Source: an uncultured Candidatus Saccharibacteria bacterium
Lineage (GTDB): Bacteria; Patescibacteriota; Saccharimonadia; Saccharimonadales; Saccharimonadaceae
DNA: 64,000 bases
Direction: 5' to 3'
Assembly: GCA_946408595.1 (NCBI GenBank)
Contig: CAMJSX010000002.1
Location: 31,578 to 95,577, forward strand
Shown piece after piece: positions 21,086 through 30,630 of the stretch (its first letter is position 1; the number at the start of each line of letters is the position of its first letter). Both the position numbers and the translations under genes were made by a program. The notes beneath the pieces were generated by a model, which made no database searches, was not told where the DNA came from, and was given only the letters and a program-made list of their open reading frames with translations.

Positions 21086-21730
21086 TTAGATGATGTCTTC
21101 AATACTTGTGACAATCTTATCGATAAAACCATGGTGCAGGGCGTCTTCAGGGAGCATATAGTATTCTACCCGAACTAGGCCATCGTATTCGGCGCTGGTC
21201 ATCTCACTGTGTTTTAAGACATGTGCTTTGACAACATCCCGTTCGAAGCGTTCATCGAATTTGGCCTTGTCGATGGCTTTGCTGGTACTGTTCCAGCTTA
21301 CTGTGGAACCATCATGAAGCAGGAATGTGGTATACGGAAGCGCAAAGCGTTTATGCCCAGTAATACCGATCAGAAAGGACATTGAACTCCATTCACCAAT
21401 GTTGAAGACGTGAACTGGAGTTTTACTAAGCTCGATGGTAGAAATTAGGGGAAATCCCTCTACAGTTTCACCACCCGGGGAGTTAATGTAGAGTTTAATT
21501 GGAACTCGCTCCTCTATGGGCTTGCCCTCATCTTCACGGTTGTATTCAAGAATATCTAGGATTATCTGACCAACCACAGAATTGAACTCGAAATAGTTGT
21601 CCTCGTCATAATCTAGCGACGAGATTCGGCGCGTGAGATAGAGTCTCCTTTTTTGACGTTCTTTCTGATTTTGATATTCTTCGATGCCGCAATTAATACG
21701 CATCATTTCTTCAGGAACAACACGTGACAT
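21086..21730 (-). CDS. ClpP-family serine protease, divergent
   Basis: IKLYINSPGG, GEWSSMS, FLLHDG, GFIDKI; RBS AGGAGGTG. Confidence 0.85.
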   Translation of the reverse strand: MSRVVPEEMMRINCGIEEYQNQKERQKRRLYLTRRISSLDYDEDNYFEFNSVVGQIILDILEYNREDEGKPIEERVPIKLYINSPGGETVEGFPLISTIELSKTPVHVFNIGEWSSMSFLIGITGHKRFALPYTTFLLHDGSTVSWNSTSKAIDKAKFDERFERDVVKAHVLKHSEMTSAEYDGLVRVEYYMLPEDALHHGFIDKIVTSIEDII

Positions 21731-21845
21731 AATCGTCACCTCCTTTTAAAATACTACCCCCCCCCAGACGAATCTGGGCGGGTGGGCGCTGAGTTAGATT
21801 TTAGCAAAAATATTTAGGGTTTTCAAAGTTAAGCGGAATGGGCGG

Positions 21846-23759
21846 CTAGGAGCCAGCCACGCAGCGGACTGAGTACCCGTAGAACTTGCTGTAGTCATAC
21901 GTCCCGGGGATAATGCTGTTTCTGGATAAGTACAGGTAGTAGGCGCCGTTAATACTGATAGCGGACGACGACCAATAGCGACCACTCACGTCACGATCGT
22001 CCGCATAGGCACCATTCCAGTACCCGGAGAAAACAAAGTTGTTAGGATATGTACGCCAATCTTTAGAACCTTGAGTAGAAGTATTATTGGACATTTGAGT
22101 ATTTAAGTAATAGAAACCACCTGTGGTATTGCCGCCACCAGTGCCAGTGCCATTATTACCATATGGTAAATGCCAACTAGCTGGGCAAAGGTCACCGTCT
22201 ACGTTGCCAGAAGATTTACTATAAGTACCATTCCCAGCAGTAGCAGAATACCAGTTATAGTAGTTACCATAGCTGTGCCATTTAGAAGTTGCGTTACTGC
22301 CATTATGACTTGGGGTGAGGCTAGAGTCTGAGAGTCTAGTATTATTGGTATTTAGCATGGTTTGGTCATCACAAGCAGCGTTATAGCTATTACACCAGGT
22401 TCCACTATTGGAAGCAGCTAGATGGTCTTCTATGGTACCATTGGCATAGTCTGTTTTTAATGTAACAATGTCATTATTGCCTGTATCGTGTAATGGGTTA
22501 TGAGTATTTGTGGTAGTAAGCGTAGCAGAATCATCTAGTCTTAAGTTCTCTATCATCCACCAGTTACCATCAGCTAATTTAGCTACTGCATAAACATCAT
22601 GGTCTCGTTCATCTTCTAGGGCTATTACGGTACCATTCGGAGCTGAAGTATAGTTAGTATAGGTAGTAGAATTAAAGGTTTGCATAGTAATGCCTGTTTC
22701 TTTAGCAATCCAGACTGGATAAAGCACTGCACCACCTGAAACATCTAGACCACGGGCATCTTGTGGATTAGTAGAGATAGTTTCGTTTGGACCATAGATA
22801 GTAGAGCTACTGGTAGCTTCAAAGTCTTTGCTCCAACCAGCAAAGCCATAGCCTTCGCGTTTGAAGTTAGGAGCGATGAGAGTAGCAGTGGAGTTAGCTG
22901 TAGCAGAAATCGCACCAGCTCGTGGTGAGGCAGTTCTAAGGGCTGCGGCGCTACTATCTTGGGTATAAGGAAGTGAGCTCATATCACCTTCTGTATCACT
23001 AGTATTTGGAGCAAAGATAATAGCATTGTCTGGAGCAACGCTTGCGCTAATTGGAGACATTGGTTTATTAGACTGATCACTCTTGTTTGGATGAACTAAT
23101 GTGTATTTCACTTGTCCAGTATATGTACCAGCAGGTTGAGTAGCGGAGACATAGGCATCATAAGTAGTAGTAATAGAAGAGCCAGTACCATTATTATTAG
23201 TATTTAAGTCAGTACCGGATGTTCTATATGCTACACGTTTATATTCGGTAGGTACTATGTGCCAGTTAGTAAAGTTATCAGTACTGTTATTATTAGCTGA
23301 TACTCCATCATCAATGGTAGCAGCATAAGTACCTGACATAGCTGCTAGTTTCATAGACCAAGAAGAAGTAGTGGCTCCGGATGAATAAATGCCAGTATTA
23401 ATGTCGTTAGTTATGTCACTAGTACTAGTTGCTCCGCTCCAGTGGAGTTTATTGTTACCATACTCATCATTAGTGTAGCCTATAGCATATATAGCAAAGC
23501 CATTACTATCATTACAGAAGACTTTGAGGGTGGTTTGGCCGATACCATTAGTATAGTCAGTACCAGAATAAGTACCGTTTAATATAGTAGCACTGTGAGC
23601 AGTATTAGTAGTGCCGGACATGGTACAGGATTCTGCAATATTAATGGTGGTAGTGGTGACTGCACTATCCGCTAAGACAGAAGAAGATAAAAGAAGAAAA
23701 GATAAAACAGAAAAGCCCATTAAACTTAATATCGTATAGAAACGTATGTTAACCTTCAT
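21846..23759 (-). CDS. Exported protein: WxL-like N-domain, InlB-type B-repeat, C-terminal Fib_succ_major domain
   Basis: LADGNWWMIENL, GNYYNW, CPASWHLP, GRYWSSS, GYSVRCV. Confidence 0.85.
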   Translation of the reverse strand: MKVNIRFYTILSLMGFSVLSFLLLSSSVLADSAVTTTTINIAESCTMSGTTNTAHSATILNGTYSGTDYTNGIGQTTLKVFCNDSNGFAIYAIGYTNDEYGNNKLHWSGATSTSDITNDINTGIYSSGATTSSWSMKLAAMSGTYAATIDDGVSANNNSTDNFTNWHIVPTEYKRVAYRTSGTDLNTNNNGTGSSITTTYDAYVSATQPAGTYTGQVKYTLVHPNKSDQSNKPMSPISASVAPDNAIIFAPNTSDTEGDMSSLPYTQDSSAAALRTASPRAGAISATANSTATLIAPNFKREGYGFAGWSKDFEATSSSTIYGPNETISTNPQDARGLDVSGGAVLYPVWIAKETGITMQTFNSTTYTNYTSAPNGTVIALEDERDHDVYAVAKLADGNWWMIENLRLDDSATLTTTNTHNPLHDTGNNDIVTLKTDYANGTIEDHLAASNSGTWCNSYNAACDDQTMLNTNNTRLSDSSLTPSHNGSNATSKWHSYGNYYNWYSATAGNGTYSKSSGNVDGDLCPASWHLPYGNNGTGTGGGNTTGGFYYLNTQMSNNTSTQGSKDWRTYPNNFVFSGYWNGAYADDRDVSGRYWSSSAISINGAYYLYLSRNSIIPGTYDYSKFYGYSVRCVAGS

Positions 23760-23884
23760 ATACTATATATTATAGCATAAGCTAAATTAAAACACCAACA
23801 TATATTTTTTATAAACGGGTGGCTTTCTTGATTTTTTGGAAAAAGTGTGCTATAATGAAGATATATACTAATTTTAACGAAACA

Positions 23885-23937
23885 GTTCTAGGGAGATTTC
23901 CTTGTAAAGAGGCCCTGGAACAAAGGGAAAGGAAATC
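23885..23937 (+). promoter_or_regulatory. Structured rpsB leader, two interleaved 9-bp helices
   Basis: 23885-93 pairs with 23913-21; 23895-903 pairs with 23929-37 (covers RBS). Confidence 0.6.
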
Positions 23938-23941
23938 ATAT

Positions 23942-24628
23942 ATGACAGTAGCTGTCGATATGAAAGCTCTGCTCGAAGCTGGTGCTCATTTTGGGCACAA
24001 AACGAGCCGTTGGCACCCTAAAATGGCGCCATACATCCATAGCAAACGCCAGGATGGCCACATCATCAACCTAGAAAAGACCGTCGAAGGTCTCGAAGTA
24101 GCTTTACCAAAAGTTACCGACCTCGTTAAAAACGGTAAAAAAGTGATGTTTGTTGGCACCAAGAAACAAATGAAGGAAGCGGTAAAAGAAGCTGCCGAAT
24201 CCGTAGACATGCCATACGTTACCGTACGTTGGGTTGGTGGTACTCTTACCAACGTCGAGACGGTTAACCGCCAAATCAAGAAACTAAAAGATCTAGAACG
24301 CCGCATGGCTTCTGGCGAACTCGAGAATCGCTATTCTAAGCTCGAAGTTCAAAGATTCCAAGAAGAAATCGATCTCTTGAACGAACGCTATGGTGGTATC
24401 AAAGAAATGAGCGAACAACCAGCTGCTATTATCGTAGTTGACGCTCTCGAAGACAAAAATGCTATCAAAGAGGCTAACGGGCTGCATATCCCAGTTATCG
24501 CCTTTACTGACACTAATGTCGACCCAACCAATATCGACTACGTCATTCCAATGAACGACGATTCAATCAAAGCAGTCAAATTGGCGCTCGGTTACTTTGT
24601 CGAAGCAATCAAAGAAGGTAAAAAATAA
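23942..24628 (+). CDS. rpsB: 30S ribosomal protein S2
   Basis: LLEAGAHFGH, RWVGGTLTN, DTNVDP. Confidence 0.99.
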   Translation: MTVAVDMKALLEAGAHFGHKTSRWHPKMAPYIHSKRQDGHIINLEKTVEGLEVALPKVTDLVKNGKKVMFVGTKKQMKEAVKEAAESVDMPYVTVRWVGGTLTNVETVNRQIKKLKDLERRMASGELENRYSKLEVQRFQEEIDLLNERYGGIKEMSEQPAAIIVVDALEDKNAIKEANGLHIPVIAFTDTNVDPTNIDYVIPMNDDSIKAVKLALGYFVEAIKEGKK

Positions 24629-24642
24629 TTTAGGAGGCTATT

Positions 24643-25233
24643 ATGACGGAAATATCCGTAGAACAAATCAAAAAATTAAAAGAACTTTCAGGCGCTGGTT
24701 TAACTGATGCTAAGCAAGCTTTGGTTGAAGCCAAAGGTGACTTTGATAAAGCACTCGAAGCTATGCGCAAAAAAGGTCTTACTAAAGCTGAAAAACGTGG
24801 TGATCGCGAAACTCGCGAAGGTCTCGTTGAGGCTTACATCCACGATGGTCGCCTTGGCGCTATCGTTGAAGTTAACTGTGAAACTTCTTTCGTCGCTAAA
24901 ACTGACGAGTTTAAGACTTTGGCTCACCAAATCGCCATGCAAGTGGCTTCCATGAACCCACTTTACGTATCTGAAGAAGATATTCCAGCTGAAGTTCGCG
25001 AAGCTAAAATGAAAGAACTTGAAGAAAACTTCAAAGGCCCAGCCAACATGAAGGAACAAATCCTTTCTGGCCAAGTCAAAAAGGCTTTCTCAGACAAGGT
25101 TTTAATGAATCAACCATACATCTTGGATGACACCAAGACTGTCGAGCAATTCGTCAAAGAAGCCATTGCTAAAACCGGTGAGAACATCACCATTCGTCAA
25201 TTCAAACGCATCGAACTTGGCGTAACCGAGTAA
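24643..25233 (+). CDS. tsf: Elongation factor Ts, short form
   Basis: IKKLKELSGAGLTDAK, EVNCETSFVAK. Confidence 0.98.
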   Translation: MTEISVEQIKKLKELSGAGLTDAKQALVEAKGDFDKALEAMRKKGLTKAEKRGDRETREGLVEAYIHDGRLGAIVEVNCETSFVAKTDEFKTLAHQIAMQVASMNPLYVSEEDIPAEVREAKMKELEENFKGPANMKEQILSGQVKKAFSDKVLMNQPYILDDTKTVEQFVKEAIAKTGENITIRQFKRIELGVTE

Positions 25234-25394
25234 AAAAATACTGAAAAAGGCGACATTTTGAAATCGCCCGATAAAAAATTACAACAGTCACGGACGAGCG
25301 AGGAAACTGAAATCTCGGAGCGAGTCCGCCTGACCTGTTGTAATTTTTATACGGCGCGTATTTCAACGTTGCCGTTTCAGTATTTTTTACTCGG
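25226..25394. repeat. 169-bp imperfect palindrome, hairpin element E2
   Basis: ccgagtaaaaaaatactgaaa / tttcagtattttttactcgg; inner ataaaaaattacaac / gttgtaatttttat; core cgaggaaactgaaatctcggag; homologous to E1. Confidence 0.9.
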
Positions 25395-25435
25395 CAATAA
25401 CTATGTTATAATTATCTTATAAGTAAGGAGTTATT

Positions 25436-25981
25436 ATGTTTGACACCAGTAAAGAACGCAAAGCGATGGATGAAGTCGTGGCGCGTTTTAATGATGAAAT
25501 GAAAAAAGTCCGCACTGGACGTGCACATCCAGACATGTTGTCTTCCATCAAAGTCGAAGCCTATGGTCAGTTTATGCCATTAAATCAAGTGGCTAATGTG
25601 ACTGCCGCAGACGCAACTTTACTCGTGATTACACCGTTTGATCCATCCACCATTCAGGCTATTGCTTCAGCCATTCGCGCCGATCAATCACTGGGTCTAA
25701 ATCCAGCCGATGATGGTCGTGTAGTACGTGTACCTATTCCAGCTCTTACCGAAGAGCGCCGCAAGGAAATCGTCAAAAACGCCTCTGCCAAGGTTGAGCA
25801 AGCTAAAGTAGCCTTAAGAAACGTCCGCGAAGACGCCCGCAAAGGCTTGAAAGCCGCCGAGGAGTTAAGTGAAGACGTCAAAAAACGCGCTGAAAAAGAA
25901 ATCGACGATTTAACCAAAGAATTCACTGATAAAATCGAATCCGCCTTCAAAGCAAAGTCAGATGAGATTATGAAATTATAA
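25436..25981 (+). CDS. frr: Ribosome recycling factor
   Basis: VRTGRAHP, IPALTEERRKEIVK, VALRNVRED. Confidence 0.98.
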   Translation: MFDTSKERKAMDEVVARFNDEMKKVRTGRAHPDMLSSIKVEAYGQFMPLNQVANVTAADATLLVITPFDPSTIQAIASAIRADQSLGLNPADDGRVVRVPIPALTEERRKEIVKNASAKVEQAKVALRNVREDARKGLKAAEELSEDVKKRAEKEIDDLTKEFTDKIESAFKAKSDEIMKL

Positions 25982-25986
25982 CATCA

Positions 25987-26035
25987 ACGGGCGACGGACT
26001 TGGAGGGGGAAGAGAAAGTCCGGCAGGACCCGTCG
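25987..26035. repeat. Short GC-rich hairpin E3, possible remnant of E1/E2 family
   Basis: cgacgg/ccgtcg and ggactt/aagtcc; acggac...agtccg as in the E2 core. Confidence 0.55.
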
Positions 26036-26048
26036 AGAGGAGAGTTTT

Positions 26049-26714
26049 ATGTTACAACATTTAGGTATTATCGCAGATGGTAATCGACGCTGGGCTAAAG
26101 CCCAGGGTCTACCAACCATCGAAGGTCACAAAAAAGGCCTCGAAGCTATCAAAAAACTAGTCGGCGCTGCCAGCCAAGCAGGAATCAAATACATTACATT
26201 TTATGTATTCTCCACTGAAAACTGGGGACGTTCAACCGATGAAGTAAGCTATATTATGAAGCTCGCCGAAACTAGAATTCTAAAATACGCCAAGGAATTG
26301 GCCGAGCATAACGCCCGCATGATTATCTTGGGTTCTAAAAACAGAATTTCACCAAAACTCGCCAGCACCATTGAGCAAGCCGAAAAAGTGACCGAAAAAT
26401 GCACCGGCATAACAGTTTGCTTCTGTTTTAATTACGGTGGCGAACAAGAAATTGCCGACGCGGCTACTATCGCTGCGAAAGAAGGCGAAATTACACCAGA
26501 AACCATCAGGAAACACCTGTATCATCCAGAAGTGCCAAACATTGATATGGTAGTAAGAACGTCTGGCGAAGAGCGCATTTCCGGCTTCATGCTCTGGCGA
26601 GCCGCCTACGCCGAATTCTTGTTCGTCAAAAAATATTTCCCTGAAATGGAGGGTGAAGATATTAAAGAAATCCTAGAAATCTACGAAAAACGCAATCGTA
26701 GATTCGGTAAGTAA
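26049..26714 (+). CDS. uppS: Undecaprenyl diphosphate synthase
   Basis: HLGIIADGNRRWA, FSTENWGRS, RTSGEERISGFMLW. Confidence 0.97.
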   Translation: MLQHLGIIADGNRRWAKAQGLPTIEGHKKGLEAIKKLVGAASQAGIKYITFYVFSTENWGRSTDEVSYIMKLAETRILKYAKELAEHNARMIILGSKNRISPKLASTIEQAEKVTEKCTGITVCFCFNYGGEQEIADAATIAAKEGEITPETIRKHLYHPEVPNIDMVVRTSGEERISGFMLWRAAYAEFLFVKKYFPEMEGEDIKEILEIYEKRNRRFGK

Positions 26715-26730
26715 TGATATAATAAAGCTT

Positions 26731-28044
26731 ATGGATATATTTGTAGGAATTATTGTTGGTCTATTAGTATTAACACTACTTGTAATTTTGCACGAGTTTG
26801 GACATTTTATTGTAGCGCGCCATAATGGCGTCAATGTGCTAGAATTTGGCATCGGTTTTCCACCTCGCGCTATCGCTTGGATCAAAAATCCAGAAACCGG
26901 CAAGTGGCAACGCTATCCAAAATCAAAATGGAAAAAAGAGAAACTTTCCAAAGTAGTTTATTCAAGTGGCAGCGACAAAGGCCTTGCCCAAAAAGGCATG
27001 ATTTTTAGTATTAACTGGTTACCAATTGGCGGTTTTTGCCAAATGGATGGGGAATCAGCGGCGGACACTAGAAAAGGAACCTTTGGCGCCACAAATTTTT
27101 GGGGAAAAACCAAAATCTTGTTTGGTGGCGTGTTGATGAACTGGATCACAGCATTCGTAATATTTACCATTTTAGCGTGGACTGGGATGCCATTATTCTT
27201 GGATAATCAGTTCACCGTAGCATCTGACACACAGACTGCCTCTTCGCCAGTAGAAATTACTTCCGTAGCCGAAAACTCACCAGCCAGCAAGGCCGGAATC
27301 AAAGTCGATGACAAAATCATCGCCGTAGACGGCAATGCAGTTACTTTTGCCAGTGATATTACAGAGTACAACGGCAAACATGCCGGAGAAACAGTCGTTT
27401 ATACTATTCGACGTTTAGGCACTGTTTGTACAAACCAACCAGATTGTTATATAGAACCATGCCCATGCTTAGAAGAAGAAAAAGTGACAGTCACTACCGA
27501 TATCGCGGTATTGTTAAATCCCGAAGGCTCTGATTATTTGCTCGGTGTGACCATGAAAAGCAACGAGCAACTATCCTACTCGACTTGGTCAGCACCAATT
27601 GTTGGCTTAGGTTTAACAGCACAACTGACCGGCGAAACATTTAAAGGTCTAGGCAGTATGTTATGGAATTTAGTGCGTGGCGTTGGCTCACTATTTAGTT
27701 TTGATGCTAACACGAGGCAAGAAGGCCAGGAGGCTATTTCAGAAGTGGGCGATTCGGTGTCAGGCCCAGTTGGAATCATCGGAGTATTATTCCCAGCCTT
27801 CACTTCAGCCGGACCAGCCAATTTGGCATTTCTCGCAGCGCTCATTTCAGTATCATTAGCCTGTATGAATATTTTGCCAATTCCGGCGCTCGACGGCGGA
27901 CGCTGGTTCTTAATCGCAATTTATAAACTACGCCGCAAAAAACTTACCAAAGAAACGGAAGAAAAGATTGTCGCAAGAGCATTTGTCGTGCTTCTCATAA
28001 TTATGTTTATCGTAACTATTCTTGATATCACGAGGTTCTTCTAA
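26731..28044 (+). CDS. rseP: RseP-like M50 intramembrane metalloprotease with PDZ
   Basis: HEFGH, NILPIPALDGG, PDZ segment. Confidence 0.95.
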   Translation: MDIFVGIIVGLLVLTLLVILHEFGHFIVARHNGVNVLEFGIGFPPRAIAWIKNPETGKWQRYPKSKWKKEKLSKVVYSSGSDKGLAQKGMIFSINWLPIGGFCQMDGESAADTRKGTFGATNFWGKTKILFGGVLMNWITAFVIFTILAWTGMPLFLDNQFTVASDTQTASSPVEITSVAENSPASKAGIKVDDKIIAVDGNAVTFASDITEYNGKHAGETVVYTIRRLGTVCTNQPDCYIEPCPCLEEEKVTVTTDIAVLLNPEGSDYLLGVTMKSNEQLSYSTWSAPIVGLGLTAQLTGETFKGLGSMLWNLVRGVGSLFSFDANTRQEGQEAISEVGDSVSGPVGIIGVLFPAFTSAGPANLAFLAALISVSLACMNILPIPALDGGRWFLIAIYKLRRKKLTKETEEKIVARAFVVLLIIMFIVTILDITRFF

Positions 28045-28841
28045 TGGCGAAGCGAAAACAAGAAACACCTGAAAAATCAGAAAAGTTTGATAAAAAACTT
28101 ATCGGCAAAGCATTCCTCATGTGTTTATGGGTTGCAACATCCGTAATTGCAGTTCAATTTTTAATAGCTTACTTAATGCTCTGGACGCTTGGGGCAGAAA
28201 AACTCAGCCAACCAGTTTGGACGGCAGTTTACTCCGCAATTAGTTACGTGCTGGCAATGGGGCTCATCATTTTCGTCCCACCAAAAATTGCCACCAAGAA
28301 AAAAAATAAATCAAAAACGCTTCCTCAAAAAGTTTCACGCGAAGAACTCGGTCTACGTGATTTGCCAACTTGGACTGATATCGGTCTAGGCCCAGTCGGG
28401 TTCATCGCCTCAACAATACTGGCGGCAGGACTAGTCGGATTGTTCTCGCTATTCCCGTGGTTTAATGCCGAAGAAGCCCAGGATGTAGGCTTCAGCCTCT
28501 TCATGAACGGCGGTGATAGAGTTATCGCCTTCCTCACGCTAGTAGTTATAGCTCCAATTGCAGAAGAAATTATTTTCCGTGGCTGGCTTTATGGAAAAAT
28601 CCGTGCATTATTTCATAACAAAATGTCAGAACAGTATTGTACATTATTGTCTATATTCATCGTCTCACTTTTGTTTGGTATAGTACATCTTCAATGGAAT
28701 GTCGGCGTTAATGTCTTTGCATTATCCGTGGTTCTTTGTGCATTAAGAGAAATCACCGGCACGATTTACGCAGGAATTCTCACCCACATGATCAAAAATG
28801 GCGTAGCATTTTATCTGATCTATGTACTCGGATTAGGCTAA
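28044..28841 (+). CDS. CAAX/CPBP-family intramembrane protease
   Basis: APIAEEIIFRG, FGIVH, GILTHMIKN. Confidence 0.92.
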   Translation: MAKRKQETPEKSEKFDKKLIGKAFLMCLWVATSVIAVQFLIAYLMLWTLGAEKLSQPVWTAVYSAISYVLAMGLIIFVPPKIATKKKNKSKTLPQKVSREELGLRDLPTWTDIGLGPVGFIASTILAAGLVGLFSLFPWFNAEEAQDVGFSLFMNGGDRVIAFLTLVVIAPIAEEIIFRGWLYGKIRALFHNKMSEQYCTLLSIFIVSLLFGIVHLQWNVGVNVFALSVVLCALREITGTIYAGILTHMIKNGVAFYLIYVLGLG

Positions 28842-28891
28842 TATCTCGACATCACAAGATAAATTTTTAGGTGTGATATAATAGTTTTATT

Positions 28892-30109
28892 ATGAGACTA
28901 TCAAAAACATTTGTAAAAACTCTGAGGGAAGCACCAAAAGACGAACTAGCCAAAAACGGAGCCTTACTTTCTCGCGCCGGTTATATTCATAAAGAAATGG
29001 CTGGGGCGTATGATTATTTACCACTTGGAATCAAAGTAATTGAAAACATCAAACAAATCATCCGTGAAGAACTAAATGCTTTAGGGTGCGAAGAAGTATT
29101 GATGACTTCACTGCAAAACCCAGAGCCATGGGAAAAAACCGGAAGGTTTAGCGACCAAGAAGTCGACATTTGGTTCAAAACCGAGCTCGCTTCTGGTGGG
29201 ACACTTGGGCTTGCACCGACTCATGAAGAACCGATAGTCAACATGATGAAATCTTACGTCGCCAGCTACAAAGATTTACCACTGTATGTTTATCAATTTC
29301 AAACTAAATTTAGAAACGAACTCCGCGCCAAATCTGGCTTGATGCGTGGACGCGAATTCTTAATGAAAGATCTTTATAGTTTCCATGCTTCCGAAGAAGA
29401 TCTAGATAGTTTCTATGAAAAAGTTGAAGAAGCCTACACACGCATATTTAAGAGATTAGGGATTGGCAACGACACTTACAAAACTTTTGCTAGCGGCGGT
29501 ATTTTTTCAAAGTATTCACACGAGTATCAAACAGTCTTGCCAGTGGGTGAAGACACCATCTACTATAATAGCGATCATTCCGTAGTTTTAAACAAAGAAG
29601 TCTACAATGACGAAGTGCTCACAGATCTCGGCGTTAAAGGAGTTGAATTTGCAGAAACTACAGCAGCAGAAGTAGGCAATATCTTCAAACTAAAGTTCAA
29701 ATATTCTGAGCCTCTGGGATTAAAATTCTCTAGCGAAGATAACGAATCAAAGACTGTCTACATGGGTTGCTACGGACTAGGCGTCTCTCGCGTGATGGGG
29801 GTAATTGCCGAAAAATTCGCCGACGAAAAAGGTTTAGTCTGGCCAGAATCCATAGCGCCATTCAAATACTACCTAGTAGGAATTGGTGAAAATGGTATTA
29901 AAGAAGCAGAAAAGCTTTATGCCAATCGTGAAAATGAAATCCTATTTGACGATCGTGACGTCCGTCCAGGAGAAAAATTTGCCGACGCCGAGCTGATGGG
30001 TATTCCGTATCGCGTCGTAATTTCTGATAAAACACTAGCAGAGGGTAGCGCAGAAATTACCGACCGACGCACCGGTGAGTCAAAGCTCGTCAAGTTGTCC
30101 GAAATTTAG
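28892..30109 (+). CDS. proS: Prolyl-tRNA synthetase, short form without editing domain
   Basis: LAPTHEE, QTKFRNELRAKSGLMRGREFLMKD, MGCYGLGVSR. Confidence 0.95.
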   Translation: MRLSKTFVKTLREAPKDELAKNGALLSRAGYIHKEMAGAYDYLPLGIKVIENIKQIIREELNALGCEEVLMTSLQNPEPWEKTGRFSDQEVDIWFKTELASGGTLGLAPTHEEPIVNMMKSYVASYKDLPLYVYQFQTKFRNELRAKSGLMRGREFLMKDLYSFHASEEDLDSFYEKVEEAYTRIFKRLGIGNDTYKTFASGGIFSKYSHEYQTVLPVGEDTIYYNSDHSVVLNKEVYNDEVLTDLGVKGVEFAETTAAEVGNIFKLKFKYSEPLGLKFSSEDNESKTVYMGCYGLGVSRVMGVIAEKFADEKGLVWPESIAPFKYYLVGIGENGIKEAEKLYANRENEILFDDRDVRPGEKFADAELMGIPYRVVISDKTLAEGSAEITDRRTGESKLVKLSEI

Positions 30110-30165
30110 TATTGACATCAGAATAGTTTTAAGATAAACTTATAACGTTTTAAGTGGAGCTTTTC

Positions 30166-30612
30166 ATGATTAAAAAAAATATCAGTTTGACCGCCGAAGG
30201 CAAAAAAGAATTAGAAAAAGAGCTTGATGAATTAATCAAAAATCGTCCAGCCATTGCGGAAAGAATCGCGACCGCCAGGGCTTTTGGTGATTTGTCCGAA
30301 AATGAAGAATACAGCTCCGCCAGAAGCGAACAAAAAATCGCCGAAGGACGAATTCTCGAAATTCAAGACATTTTGAAAAACGCCAAAATCATTCGTGGCG
30401 GCAAAAAGAGCTCCGTTTCACTCGGCGCCACAGTGGTTCTTGATATGAGCGGACACGAAGTCACCTACACCTTAGTTGGCGCTACTGAAGCCAACCCATT
30501 AGAGGGCAAAATCTCCGACGCTTCGCCAATTGGCAAAGCTGTTTTAGGTCACAAAGCTGGCGAAACCATTGATTTCAATGGCAAAAAGGTTAAGATTGTC
30601 GAGATAAAATAA
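30166..30612 (+). CDS. greA: Transcription elongation factor GreA
   Basis: ARAFGDLSENEEY, ISDASPIGKA. Confidence 0.97.
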   Translation: MIKKNISLTAEGKKELEKELDELIKNRPAIAERIATARAFGDLSENEEYSSARSEQKIAEGRILEIQDILKNAKIIRGGKKSSVSLGATVVLDMSGHEVTYTLVGATEANPLEGKISDASPIGKAVLGHKAGETIDFNGKKVKIVEIK

Positions 30613-30630
30613 TTATAGTATAATTATTTT

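Noticed and set aside
26012-26023. gagaaagtccgg resembling RNase P CR-I
   Set aside because: The intergenic space is only 67 bp and the motif is one arm of a local hairpin
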